From assembly GCA_963701965.1 (NCBI GenBank), contig OY969695.1:1248001-1312000 (forward strand): DNA of 64,000 bases, written 5' to 3'. The number at the start of each line of letters is the position of its first letter. Positions within the stretch are counted from its first letter, which is position 1. The stretch comes from an uncultured Gemmatimonadales bacterium. GTDB lineage: Bacteria > Gemmatimonadota > Gemmatimonadetes > Gemmatimonadales > Gemmatimonadaceae. Below the pieces are notes generated by a model. That model was given only the letters and a program-made list of their open reading frames with translations. It did not search any database and was not told the DNA's origin. A program made the position numbers and the translations under genes. Positions 1 through 8,857 of this stretch are shown piece by piece.

Positions 1-322
1 GGTACATCTCGATCAGGGCGAGGACGAGGGCCTGTTCACTGCGTTGGTAGCGCGCGAACAGCGACGGCTGGAACTGGCCGGCGCGGTCCCGGGGGACGCG
101 GAGCGTGAGGGCGCCAACGCGCGTCAGCAGCGTGCGGCGCCGGTAGCCGTTGCGGACGCCGCGGCGCTCGGCGGTCCGCGCGAACTTGGCGGCCCCGAGG
201 AACTGGGCGAACTCCCGCTCGAGGGTGTCGTGGATCAACTGGCCGAGCATGGCGCGGAGGGCGTCTTCCGGGGTGGATTGTGCGAGGGGCAGGACGGTAG
301 CATTCTTGAACGGACTGGTCAT
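1..322 (-). CDS. IS256-family transposase, N-terminal part (5' end in window; not in the ORF track)
   Basis: Manual translation from ATG 322: MTSPFKNATV...EREFAQFLGAAKFARTAERRGVRNGYRRRTLLTRVGALTLRVPRDRAGQFQPSLFARYQRSEQALVLALIEMY. The RNGY, VPRDR and F.P.LF.RYQR motifs are typical of IS256. Confidence 0.9.
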   Translation of the reverse strand, partial: MTSPFKNATVLPLAQSTPEDALRAMLGQLIHDTLEREFAQFLGAAKFARTAERRGVRNGYRRRTLLTRVGALTLRVPRDRAGQFQPSLFARYQRSEQALVLALIEMY

Positions 323-478
323 CGGCTATCCTCTGGGCATCGCGGCGTTCGCGCGCCGCTGGTTGCGCTTGACACCCAGAAAGGATGGACGGTGGCCAGT
401 TCGCGTTCGAGTGGCTCCCAATGAGCTCAGCTCAGCCGACCCTCCGTCCCGATTCTACACAAATCTCTGCACACTCCC
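1..478 (-). mobile_element. IS256-family insertion sequence, left end (continues beyond window start)
   Basis: Minus strand encodes an IS256/Mutator-type transposase N-terminus. The segment ends in an IS256-like terminus (revcomp GGGAGTGTGCAGAGATTTGTGTAGAATC) at 478, after which composition and reading frame change. Confidence 0.85.
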
Positions 479-829
479 TCGTCCCAAAGTGCTATCACGA
501 GCATCCGACAACGAAGTGCGCTAAATCCTGCTCTTTATTTGTGTGGTATTGTTTCGATTCCAGCCTGGGGGTTAGCTGTATTCGCGCCCCAGGCAATACC
601 TGTCGCGGTACGGGTCTCCCTGCTGGCACTTGGTGCACTGCCAGTCGTGCTTATCATCGGCGCATTTCTGTACTTTATGTTCAATGATCGCGATCGCCTT
701 CAAAGTGAGGAGTTCGTGATCAAGAAATCAGAATTGGAGTACATTCACCGCAAAGGCGAACAAGGGGGATACCCCGCAGCACGCGTGAACCTGATTACGA
801 ATCCTGACGCCAAGGACACGGCGACATGA
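479..829 (+). pseudogene. Small two-TM membrane protein, 5' end probably cut off by IS256
   Basis: The frame of ORF 539-829 is open back to the IS end (SSQSAITSIRQRSALNPALYLCGIV...) with no ATG. It has two hydrophobic helices followed by DRDRLQSEEF. Confidence 0.55.
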
Positions 830-1170
830 CGAAGATAGTATCCCGGCCGCTATTGATTTCGTTTGCAAGTGACTTCGCAGCGGACGAACAGTTGCGGAAG
901 GTAGTCGACGGTCTGTCAGAGATCCTCTCCTGGTATCAGTGTCTCCCCGGCCAGCTCTTTGTAGTGAGCACTACGACTGCACTCGACTTAGCGGAGACCA
1001 TAGAGATCCTTTTCAAGCAGAATGGGATGCGACACATGTTCTACGTGGCCGAACTAAACCCAATTGCCATTCAGGGAAGATTGCCCAACGACGCCTGGGC
1101 AGTCATCACGCAAGCCCAGGCGTGGCTCGAGTTGAATCCTTCCCCTGAACGGACACCGAGTACTCAGTGA
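826..1170 (+). CDS. Hypothetical 114-aa alpha/beta protein
   Basis: ATGA overlap with the upstream gene. The pattern W.QCLP..LFVVS....DLAE.I....FYVAEL.....GRLP..AW resembles small ferredoxin-like island proteins. Confidence 0.6.
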   Translation: MTKIVSRPLLISFASDFAADEQLRKVVDGLSEILSWYQCLPGQLFVVSTTTALDLAETIEILFKQNGMRHMFYVAELNPIAIQGRLPNDAWAVITQAQAWLELNPSPERTPSTQ

Positions 1171-1410
1171 GCGACGACGCTGTGCTTCGAACTTGCTGCG
1201 CTCGATTCGTGGTCTGGCAGGAGCATGCAATGATTTCGATGCATTTCAATGGCCTCTCAATGCACTTGCGAACCCAGTCGTTCGGAGGCGTCGCGGCACA
1301 GGGGAAGAGAGAAGGCCCACTAACTCGCCGCTTTTGTTCGCAGGCACGTTCCTTTGGAAAGCTGTTCATTGCAGTGGATGGTTCTAGATCACCGGAATTA
1401 GGAGTGCACC

Positions 1411-1752
1411 ATGGCGTCTGCCAGACTAACAATCTCCGCGTACCGTCTACGAGAAAGCGTTCCGAGAGAATCTGCGGGCCCGTCGACTATCTCTGTAATC
1501 GACACTCAGATGAGAACGGCTCTGCCGTTGACCAATGTTGCGTTATCCTCGCCAGGCGCTTACGCGATCGAAGTATTGTTCGAACCACTTGACACGGAAA
1601 TGCCAACGAGAAACACGTCGGGGGCGCAGGGCTTCACCGCTGAGATGGTAGCTCAGATTCGCCGAGCTGCCAAAGACACGCTGAGCACAGATCTCACGAA
1701 GAAGCGCTTTCACGAACTGGATGCAATCGCTAACCTCATGGAGCGCGTCTAG
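1411..1752 (+). CDS. Hypothetical protein
   Basis: AGGAG RBS upstream of ATG 1411; 113-aa ORF. Confidence 0.55.
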   Translation: MASARLTISAYRLRESVPRESAGPSTISVIDTQMRTALPLTNVALSSPGAYAIEVLFEPLDTEMPTRNTSGAQGFTAEMVAQIRRAAKDTLSTDLTKKRFHELDAIANLMERV

Positions 1753-2227
1753 ATAAAGGGTGAACCCTCCGAGACTTGTTACATCGCAATCTGCGGCGAG
1801 GGTTCTGATTTGCCATGGGGCATTCGTCCCGCGTCTTCTCGAGATTGACGCGTCCGGTGCAGACCTGCCGGGCACGCGCGAACAGTTTAACCCACAAGAC
1901 CGATTCATGACGACTGTTGTAGAGCAGCGCGGCAAGCGCTGTCATTTCTCGAGGCAAGTCAAGGTTCGATCGCCTGATAACTCTACGACGCACTCTAAAA
2001 TGACCGAGGTTGTTGGGCGATATTGGTCTCACGGTTGATCGGCAACCTCCCGACCTCGCGTCACCCGATCTACGACGGATTCAGCGCGTTGTCACAATGA
2101 AGCGCATCGCCATGCTGGAGATCGGAGGTCACACGTTTAGCGAAACCCGAGGCACCAAGGCTAGCGTGAGCCATGTTCGTCTATTCTCTCGGCGCCATCT
2201 CAGTACCTCGGCGATTGACATGATTTA

Positions 2228-2957
2228 ATGATGACGCACATCGTCGCCTTTCTTGATCACAACTGGGTCGGCACCGTCGTCGGTATCGCCAGCTGGATAT
2301 TGGCTTACCTCTTTTACTCCAAGAGCAAAGCTTTCACCCGCCTGTCGTTTAAGACCGATTGTACGTTCTTGCTTGGCGGGCTTCAGAGCACTCTCCCATC
2401 CAATGTATGCGTCATGGTCGGAGGAGTCTCCGTCCCAATGTTGGCGAGGGCAACACTGTTTCTCTGGAATTCCGGCAAAACGACAATCAGGGGAACAGAT
2501 ATCGTTGCAAGCGACCCATTACTGATCCGATGCGCGAATGACGGTCGTATAATCGACTGCCGCATAGTCCGCAGCACCCGCACGGCGAATGCATTCGAGA
2601 CCTCGGTCGACACTGTGGCTCCTAATTCCATCCGCTGCAGCTTTGACTACCTCGATCCCGGCGATGGTGTCGCAGTAGAGTTGCTTCACACCGCGCAGGT
2701 CGTGCGGCCCGACATCCGCGGAAGCATTCGAGGATTGGGGCAGGGCCTAAGCAATTGGGGTGAAATGCCCTTTCGTTTGCTAAAGCCATCACAGCTCAGG
2801 CACATCAGGAATCCCCTGGTTCGTATTCGTCTCAAGCTGACGGACAATGTTAGACTATTGGTCACCATCCTTTGGACTATGGCTGCGATCATACTGCTTA
2901 CGGGTCTCCTTCCCGACGCAGTCCTCTATCTATTCCCAAGTCTCGCCAGAGAAGGGT
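2228..2957 (+). pseudogene. Hypothetical membrane protein (N-terminal TM, beta-rich domain, C-terminal TMs), interrupted by IS30/IS3
   Basis: The first ~243 aa of ORF 2228-4411 are non-transposase and lower in GC. The frame runs straight into the IS30 left IR at 2958. Confidence 0.7.
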
Positions 2958-4415
2958 GGATTCAATCGGTCGTCGCAACACCTAGCAGAGGGGTTGCGAT
3001 GTCGACGAAAAGACAGCGGTCTTCAGGTCGAGCCGGGCGAGTCGTCGTGTTGCGCTCACCGGGCCGGCCCTCGGTGGCACAGCGGGACGAGCGGCGACGA
3101 TTCTGGGTCGCGATCGCAGTGGGGTGCTCCAGTGATGACGCCGCGATCGCCGTCGGAGTGTCGCCCGCTGTGGGCAGACGATGGTTCCGGGAGACTGGCG
3201 GGATGCCCCCATCACACCTTGCGCCGTCATCGCCACCCCGGTCCGGGCGGTACCTGTCGATCGCGGAGCGCGAGGAACTGGCGATCCTGCGCACGCACGG
3301 GCACGGCGTGCGCGAGATCGCCCGTCGCTTGACACGCGCGCCGTCGACGATCTCGCGCGAGGTGCGACGGAATGCCGCGACGCGTGGCCGTGGGTTCGCC
3401 TATCGGGCCACGACGGCGCAGTGGTACGCCGACCGAGCCGCTCGTCGTCCGAGGTCGCCCCGACTGGCGGTCCATGCGGCGCTCCGCACGTATGTGGAAG
3501 ACCGTCTGGCCGGTGTGGTCGTCGCGCCTGACGGCGCCGCCGTCCCCGGTCCCGTCGTGGCGTGGAAGGGTCGTCGGCACGGGCCCCGGCAGCACCGGCG
3601 GTGGGCGTCGGCGTGGAGTCCGGAACAAATTGCGCATCGCCTGCGACTCGACTTTCCCACGGACCCCTCCATGCACATCAGCCACGAGGCCATCTACCAG
3701 GCGCTGTACGTGCAGGGCCGGGGCGCCCGGCGCCGTGAGTTGACCGCGTGCCTGCGGACGGGGCGGGCCCTGCGCGTGCCGCGGGCGCGCAGCCGCGGGC
3801 AGGGCAAGGCCTTTGTCACGCCGGACCTCACGATCACCGCGCGCCCGCCGGAGGCGGCCGACCGCGCGGTGCCGGGCCATTGGGAGGGCGACCTGATCCT
3901 GGGCGTGGGCAGTTCGGCGATCGGCACCTTGGTGGAGCGCACGACGCGGTTCACGCTCTTGCTGCACCTGCCGCCTATGGCGGGCCATGGCCTCGGCGCT
4001 CGCGAGAAGAACGGGCCTGCCCTCGCCGGGCATGGCGCCGAGGCGGTCTGCGACGCGATCACGCGCACGATCGCCACCTTACCCGAGCAGCTCCGACGCT
4101 CGCTGACGTGGGATCAAGGGGCGGAGATGTCGCAGCACGCCCGCCTGCGCATCGACGCCGGCCTGCGCGTCTACTTCTGCGACCCCCACAGTCCGTGGCA
4201 GCGCGGCACGAACGAGAACACCAACGGCTTGTTGCGACAGTACTTACCGAAGGGCAGGGACCTGAGCCTGCACAGCGCGACCGACGTGGAAGCCGTGGCC
4301 CTCAACCTCAACACCAGGCCTCGGAAGACCCTCGGTTGGAGAACACCAGCCGAGGCGCTGGATCAGCTCCTACGTTCCACACATTCAGCCACTGTTGCGA
4401 CGACCAGTTGAATCC
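2958..4415 (+). mobile_element. IS30-family insertion sequence
   Basis: 23-bp terminal IRs GGATTCAATCGGTCGTCGCAACA (2958-2980) and TGTTGCGACGACCAGTTGAATCC (4393-4415), 2 mismatches, enclosing a transposase. Confidence 0.92.
2999..4411 (+). CDS. IS30-family transposase
   Basis: RYLS..ERE.L, STISRE.RRN, WSPEQIA, ISHEAIY, PGHWEGDLI, SLTWDQG.EM, PWQRGTNENTNGLLRQY.PKG, LN.RPRK.LGW.TP. Confidence 0.95.
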   Translation: MSTKRQRSSGRAGRVVVLRSPGRPSVAQRDERRRFWVAIAVGCSSDDAAIAVGVSPAVGRRWFRETGGMPPSHLAPSSPPRSGRYLSIAEREELAILRTHGHGVREIARRLTRAPSTISREVRRNAATRGRGFAYRATTAQWYADRAARRPRSPRLAVHAALRTYVEDRLAGVVVAPDGAAVPGPVVAWKGRRHGPRQHRRWASAWSPEQIAHRLRLDFPTDPSMHISHEAIYQALYVQGRGARRRELTACLRTGRALRVPRARSRGQGKAFVTPDLTITARPPEAADRAVPGHWEGDLILGVGSSAIGTLVERTTRFTLLLHLPPMAGHGLGAREKNGPALAGHGAEAVCDAITRTIATLPEQLRRSLTWDQGAEMSQHARLRIDAGLRVYFCDPHSPWQRGTNENTNGLLRQYLPKGRDLSLHSATDVEAVALNLNTRPRKTLGWRTPAEALDQLLRSTHSATVATTS

Positions 4416-4739
4416 GGGCAGTACGCGGGGCACACCTACCAGGCGCAGCTCGCGACGCACGGGGTCGTGTGCAGTATGAGCAAGAAGGGTGACTGTTGGG
4501 ACAACGCGGTCGCCGAGTCGTTCTTCGCGACGTTGAAGACGGAGTTAGTCGCGAGCGCGGACTGGCCGACGCGCGAAGCGGCGCGAGCGGCGGTGTTCGA
4601 GTACGTGGAGATCTGGTACAATCGACGCCGCTTGCACTCGTCGTTGGGCTATGTGACACCCATGGCGTATGAACTCATGCAAGCAACGAAGAACAGCAAA
4701 GCGGCCTAACTCACCTGTCCACGAATCGGGTCAGGTCCA
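4416..4739 (+). mobile_element. IS3-family remnant (transposase C-terminus and right end)
   Basis: QYAGHTYQAQL...SMSKKGDCWDNAVAESFFATLKTE...WYNRRRLHSSLGYVTP, stop at 4709. Right end ...CCTGTCCACGAATCGGGTCAGGTCCA ends in CA at 4739. Confidence 0.88.
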
Positions 4740-4970
4740 AGTCACGTGTTGACCGCGGGTCATGTGAACTGGTGGCTGACGTTTTTTGGCGTATTGATCG
4801 TGCTACCAGGGTTGCCGTTTCATAAAGAGATCCGACGGACTGTTCCGCGGAATCTCTCAGACGAAATGTCTTTGTTGAACCACCCTTGTAAGGCACAGAC
4901 AGTTCGGCGGGGCGCAACACTCACCGGATCTTACGGCCTCACTTGGCCGGGCAACGTTCCCTTTCCTTAG
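4740..4970 (+). pseudogene. Probable C-terminal remainder of the membrane protein starting at 2228
   Basis: The open frame starts right at the IS3 end (SHVLTAGHVNWWLTFFGVLIVLPGLPFHKEIRRTVPRNL...): a TM helix plus basic tail with no start context of its own. Confidence 0.5.
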
Positions 4971-5332
4971 GACGGGTCCGGCAACGACTCCGGTACACGC
5001 GTTCTCGGCGGATCCCAACGTCGCCATTGAGCAGATGGCACAGCGGATCGTTGCAGGCTTGAATCCGGATATGGTCGTCCTTTTCGGGTCGTACGCGCGC
5101 GGTAACGCGCGAGCTGATAGCGATGTCGATTTGCTCGTCGTGATGTCCTTCACAGGCTCAGCTCGGGCAGCAGCCACGTGTGTCTACGGTACAATCATGA
5201 GCGGACCTTCCCCGTTGACACCTCGGTGGACAGTCAAAACCGGCCACTGATCGACGGCTGAAAACCGGCCACCAGCCGGGGGGACGTCCGAGGCGTTGAC
5301 GCCGAGGCGGCGGGCATTGTCCCTCCGCCGGC

Positions 5333-6874
5333 ATGAGCAACGTCTTGAAGGCTGACATCCAACAGCAGATCGTGGCGTTGGGGCGACTGGGGTGGTCGCT
5401 CCGGCGGATCGAACAGGCGACCGGCGTGCGCCGGGAGACGGCGAGCGCGTATCTCAAGGCGGCGGGCATTCCGGTGCGGGGGCGCGGCGGCCGGCCGCGC
5501 GCGTGGCCGCCGGCAAATCCGGCCACCACACCGGTGGTGTCCACCGACTCGACGGCGCCGACCGCGTCGCGGCGGGCGAGTGCGTGCGAGCCGTACCGCG
5601 AGCAGATCGTGGCCGGGGTGGCGCAGGGCCGCAACGCCATGGCGATCTGGCAAGACCTGGTCGACACGCACGGCTTCGCGGCCCGCTACGCGAGTGTCCG
5701 CCGGTTCATCCGGACGCTCCACGATCCGGCGGCCGTCGAGGCGCGCGTGGTGATCACGACCGCCCCGGGCGACGAGGCGCAGGTCGATTACGGCGAGGGG
5801 CCAATGGTGCGCGACCCCGCCACGGGGAAGTACCGGCGCGTCCGGCTCTTCGTCCTGACGCTCGGCTACTCGCGGAAGTCGGTCCGGCTCCTCGTCTGGC
5901 GGTCGAGCACCCAGGTCTGGGCCGAGCTGCATGAGCGCGCCTTTCACCGGCTGGGCGGGACCGTCCGGGTCGTGGTGCTCGATAACCTGCGCGAAGGCGT
6001 CCTCACGCCCGACGTCTACGACCCGACGCTCAATCCGCTCTATCGCAATGTCTTGGCCCACTACCACGTCGTCGCCTTGCCGTGTCGCGTGCGGGATCCG
6101 GATCGCAAAGGCAAAGTGGAATCGGGCGTCGGCCACACGCAGCGGACGCCGCTCAAGGGCCTCCGCTTCGAGTCACTGGAGGCGGCGCAGACGTATCTCG
6201 ATCAGTGGGAGACGCGCTGGGCCGATACGCGCATCCACGGCACGACCAAGCGGCAGGTCGCGGCAATGTTCGCCGAGGAACAGCCCACGCTCGGGCCGCT
6301 CCCGCTCGAACCCTTCCGCTACTACCGCTACGGCACCCGTACCGTGCATCTCGATGGGTGCGTCGAAGTCGAGGCGGCGTACTACAGTGCTCCACCCGGC
6401 TGGATCGGCCAGCGCGTGCAGGTCCAGTGGAACGATCTCTGGGTGCGCCTCCTCGCCCCCGACACGGGGCAACTCCTCCGGGAGCATCGGCGGACGGCCC
6501 GCGGCCGGCATCGGGTGCACGACACCGATCGGCCCGCCCGGACGCCGCTGACGACCGTCGCCCTGCTCGCGCGGACCCAGCGCGCCGGCCCCCACATCGG
6601 GACCCTGTGCGACACGATCCATCGCCACGACGGCGCGCTCGCTGTCCGCCGCATCCTCGGGGTCCTCGCCCTCGCCAAGCGCTACGGCCCGGCCGTCGTC
6701 GACGCGGCCGCGCACGCCGCCCTCGAGCTGGGCGTGCCCACCTATCGCTTCCTCCGCCGCTACCTCGAGCACCGCGTCCCCGTCCCCCTCACGCTCCGCC
6801 AAGTCGATCCCCTCATCCGGCAACTCACCCTCTACCGCGACCTCATCGATCGCACGCTCGGAGATCCCCCATGA
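5333..6874 (+). CDS. istA: IS21 transposase IstA
   Basis: N-terminal HTH; PGDEAQVDYG, LGYSR, VVLDNL, DPDRKGKVESGV, RIHGTT motifs. Confidence 0.95.
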   Translation: MSNVLKADIQQQIVALGRLGWSLRRIEQATGVRRETASAYLKAAGIPVRGRGGRPRAWPPANPATTPVVSTDSTAPTASRRASACEPYREQIVAGVAQGRNAMAIWQDLVDTHGFAARYASVRRFIRTLHDPAAVEARVVITTAPGDEAQVDYGEGPMVRDPATGKYRRVRLFVLTLGYSRKSVRLLVWRSSTQVWAELHERAFHRLGGTVRVVVLDNLREGVLTPDVYDPTLNPLYRNVLAHYHVVALPCRVRDPDRKGKVESGVGHTQRTPLKGLRFESLEAAQTYLDQWETRWADTRIHGTTKRQVAAMFAEEQPTLGPLPLEPFRYYRYGTRTVHLDGCVEVEAAYYSAPPGWIGQRVQVQWNDLWVRLLAPDTGQLLREHRRTARGRHRVHDTDRPARTPLTTVALLARTQRAGPHIGTLCDTIHRHDGALAVRRILGVLALAKRYGPAVVDAAAHAALELGVPTYRFLRRYLEHRVPVPLTLRQVDPLIRQLTLYRDLIDRTLGDPP

Positions 6875-7638
6875 ACCTCGTTGAACTCGATCACGCGCTC
6901 CGCCAACTCCGCCTCTCTGGCATGGCTGCGGTTCTCGAGACCCGGCTGCACCAAGCCCAGACCGAACGCCTCGCGCCCATCGACCTGCTCTCGGCCCTGG
7001 TCAGCGACGAACTCCTCCGCCGCCAGGATCGCCTCCTCGAGCGCCGGCACAAGCACGCCCGCTTCCGCGATCCCGACCGCTCGCTCGACACCTTCGACTT
7101 CGACTTCAACAAGAAGATGAACCGCGCCCTCGTCTACGACCTCGCCACCGCCCGCTTCGTCGCCCAGCGGGAGGACGCCCTGTTCGTCGGGCCACCCGGC
7201 AGCGGGAAAAGCCATCTCGCGCAAGCGATCGGCCGCGCCGTCATCCATCAAGGCTACCGCGTGCTCTATCGCGAGGCCCACACGCTGCTCGAAGAACTGG
7301 CGGACGCCACGCTCGACGGCACGCGCAAAGCGTACCTCGCCGAACTCGCCGCCGTGCCGCTCCTCATCATCGACGATCTCGGCATGCGCAAGCTCCCCCA
7401 CACGGCGGCTGAAGATCTCCTGGAACTCATCATGCGCCGCTACGAACGGGCGTCCACACTGCTCACCTCCAATCGCCCGGTCGAGGACTGGGGCAAGCTG
7501 CTCGGCGACACCGCGGCGGTCACCGCGCTCCTCGATCGGCTCCTCCACCACGCCCACATCCTCAAGTGCGGGCCCCGCAGCTGGCGCACCAAGGTCCAGG
7601 GTGACAGCTTGTCCACCGACGCGACCGGGCTGCGCTAA
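6871..7638 (+). CDS. istB: IS21 helper ATPase IstB
   Basis: ATGA overlap with istA; LRLSGM, Walker A GPPGSGKSHLA, LLIIDDLG, TSNRPVEDWG, LDRLLHH. Confidence 0.95.
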   Translation: MNLVELDHALRQLRLSGMAAVLETRLHQAQTERLAPIDLLSALVSDELLRRQDRLLERRHKHARFRDPDRSLDTFDFDFNKKMNRALVYDLATARFVAQREDALFVGPPGSGKSHLAQAIGRAVIHQGYRVLYREAHTLLEELADATLDGTRKAYLAELAAVPLLIIDDLGMRKLPHTAAEDLLELIMRRYERASTLLTSNRPVEDWGKLLGDTAAVTALLDRLLHHAHILKCGPRSWRTKVQGDSLSTDATGLR

Positions 7639-7912
7639 CCCACTCACCAGTCTCGGACGCCCCACCGTGGTGGCCGGTTATCAGCTGTCCATCAGTGGCC
7701 GGTTATGAAGTGTCCACCGAGGTTGACATCGTCGTGGTTACCCCGAAGCAAGTGCAGCGCTACCGCGACCAGGTGGGGACGATTGTCTACCCCGCGCTCC
7801 GGGAGGGGCGCGTGTTATACCGGCGCGCCCACTAGGGAACCCCGACAACGGCCGAGATTGTCGCAATGTGCATTGCGGATGCCGGACGCGTTGGCGCCTT
7901 TAAGACCCTTGT

Positions 7913-8281
7913 ATGAGTGACGCAGACAGCACTGCCATCTTGAGTATTAGAACAACGCGACTTTCGGCAACAATAAGGGCCTTCCTCGACCTATATCCGT
8001 CGGCTGTCGCCAAGGTTGATGGTCGGGTCCAGAGAGCAAGCATCGATACATGGTGCACCAATAGAAACCTTCGCGCCGCCATCGATTTCTCTCTCACGAA
8101 GAACGGCAGTGAACTTCTATGCTTCCACGATGGCCCGTGGAATATGTGGGCGGCTAGGGAGACCTTGCCCTTGCTACAAGCTCTGCAACGGCAGAAGGTG
8201 CTGCGGTTCCGGAGCTACGCGCCGCTCGGCGGTCAGCTTCCTTGTCCCATCCGGGAGACTCGTGGCCGAGATTCACCGTGA
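7913..8281 (+). CDS. Hypothetical protein
   Basis: 122-aa ORF with ATG start and protein-like composition; no recognised motif. Confidence 0.45.
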   Translation: MSDADSTAILSIRTTRLSATIRAFLDLYPSAVAKVDGRVQRASIDTWCTNRNLRAAIDFSLTKNGSELLCFHDGPWNMWAARETLPLLQALQRQKVLRFRSYAPLGGQLPCPIRETRGRDSP

Positions 8282-8379
8282 AGTCTTCTCGATCCTAGCG
8301 CACAGCGCGTCTACGCCTGAATTCAATGTGTCGCCGCGGGACCAACAACAATAACTCAACGACTATGCAGGAAAGTACG

Positions 8380-8856
8380 CTAATAACGCCAACCTTCCTG
8401 TTTTAGTAGCGCCTGAACATTCACATAAGGCACCTTGAAGTGAACGCAAACGTTCGGAATTTTCGCGGCGTTGGGCTTGAGCGCCTCTTCAGTCACAACG
8501 CATGCCCCATCGACCATCGCGCGCGCGATTAGAAACGGGTCTGCGACGGGATTCCCGCGTAGGCGCGCGGTCTTGCCGATCAACTGCTGAAAGTGATCTA
8601 CACCGAGAATTTGGGCGACCGCAGTCATTTCATCTGCTGTAGGCGTGCGAAAGATCTGCGCGTTTCGCTCGACCCAGTCTATGACGTGTTCGCTGGCGTC
8701 CTGAAACTCGATCTCTTTACGTACCTCGCTCACGGAGACAAGTCTACCGTCGGCGACCAGCGCGTCGAGATTGGTCCAGAACGTTGGGAAGATGTCTGGA
8801 TAGTAGTTGCCGAACACGCGGAACGAATTCGTGTCGACCACATAGATCTGGTCCAC
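8380..8856 (-). CDS. DUF4411-family PIN-like domain protein
   Basis: YVVDTNSF, YYPD.FP.FW, SV.EV..E, ADPFLIA.A, VVTEE, KIPNVC pattern. Confidence 0.85.
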   Translation of the reverse strand: MDQIYVVDTNSFRVFGNYYPDIFPTFWTNLDALVADGRLVSVSEVRKEIEFQDASEHVIDWVERNAQIFRTPTADEMTAVAQILGVDHFQQLIGKTARLRGNPVADPFLIARAMVDGACVVTEEALKPNAAKIPNVCVHFKVPYVNVQALLKQEGWRY

Positions 8857-8857
8857 G

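Larger units (their letters stand above)
5221..7722 (+). mobile_element. IS21-family insertion sequence, complete
   Basis: IRs CCTCGGTGGACA...AACCGGCCAC and GTGGCCGGTT...TGTCCACCGAGG with duplicated internal AACCGGCCAC boxes. 6-bp target duplication TTGACA at 5215-5220 and 7723-7728. Carries an istA/istB pair. Confidence 0.95.
5035..7835 (+). pseudogene. Minimal nucleotidyltransferase (MNT/KNTase-like), split by IS21
   Basis: N part 5035-5220: VVLFGSYARG.A..DSDVDLLVV. C part 7723-7835: (V)DIVVVTPKQVQRYRDQVGTIVYPALREGRVLYRRAH*. Rejoining also needs a 1-nt indel near 5195. Confidence 0.85.

Noticed and set aside
1762..1805. Integron attC site (GAACCCTC...GAGGGTTC imperfect hairpin after ORF 1411-1752)
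   Set aside because: The ends do not fit RYYYAAC/GTTRRRY, no similar sites follow the other island ORFs, and there is no intI in the window. At most it is a terminator-like hairpin.
1167..2228. Additional short ORFs in the island (1167-1592, 1760-2038, 2010-2228)
   Set aside because: They have no motifs or convincing start signals and overlap each other, so I cannot support them as genes.
2228..4411. A single novel 727-aa membrane-bound transposase family
   Set aside because: IS30 terminal IRs at 2958 and 4415 show it is an insertion-generated chimera.
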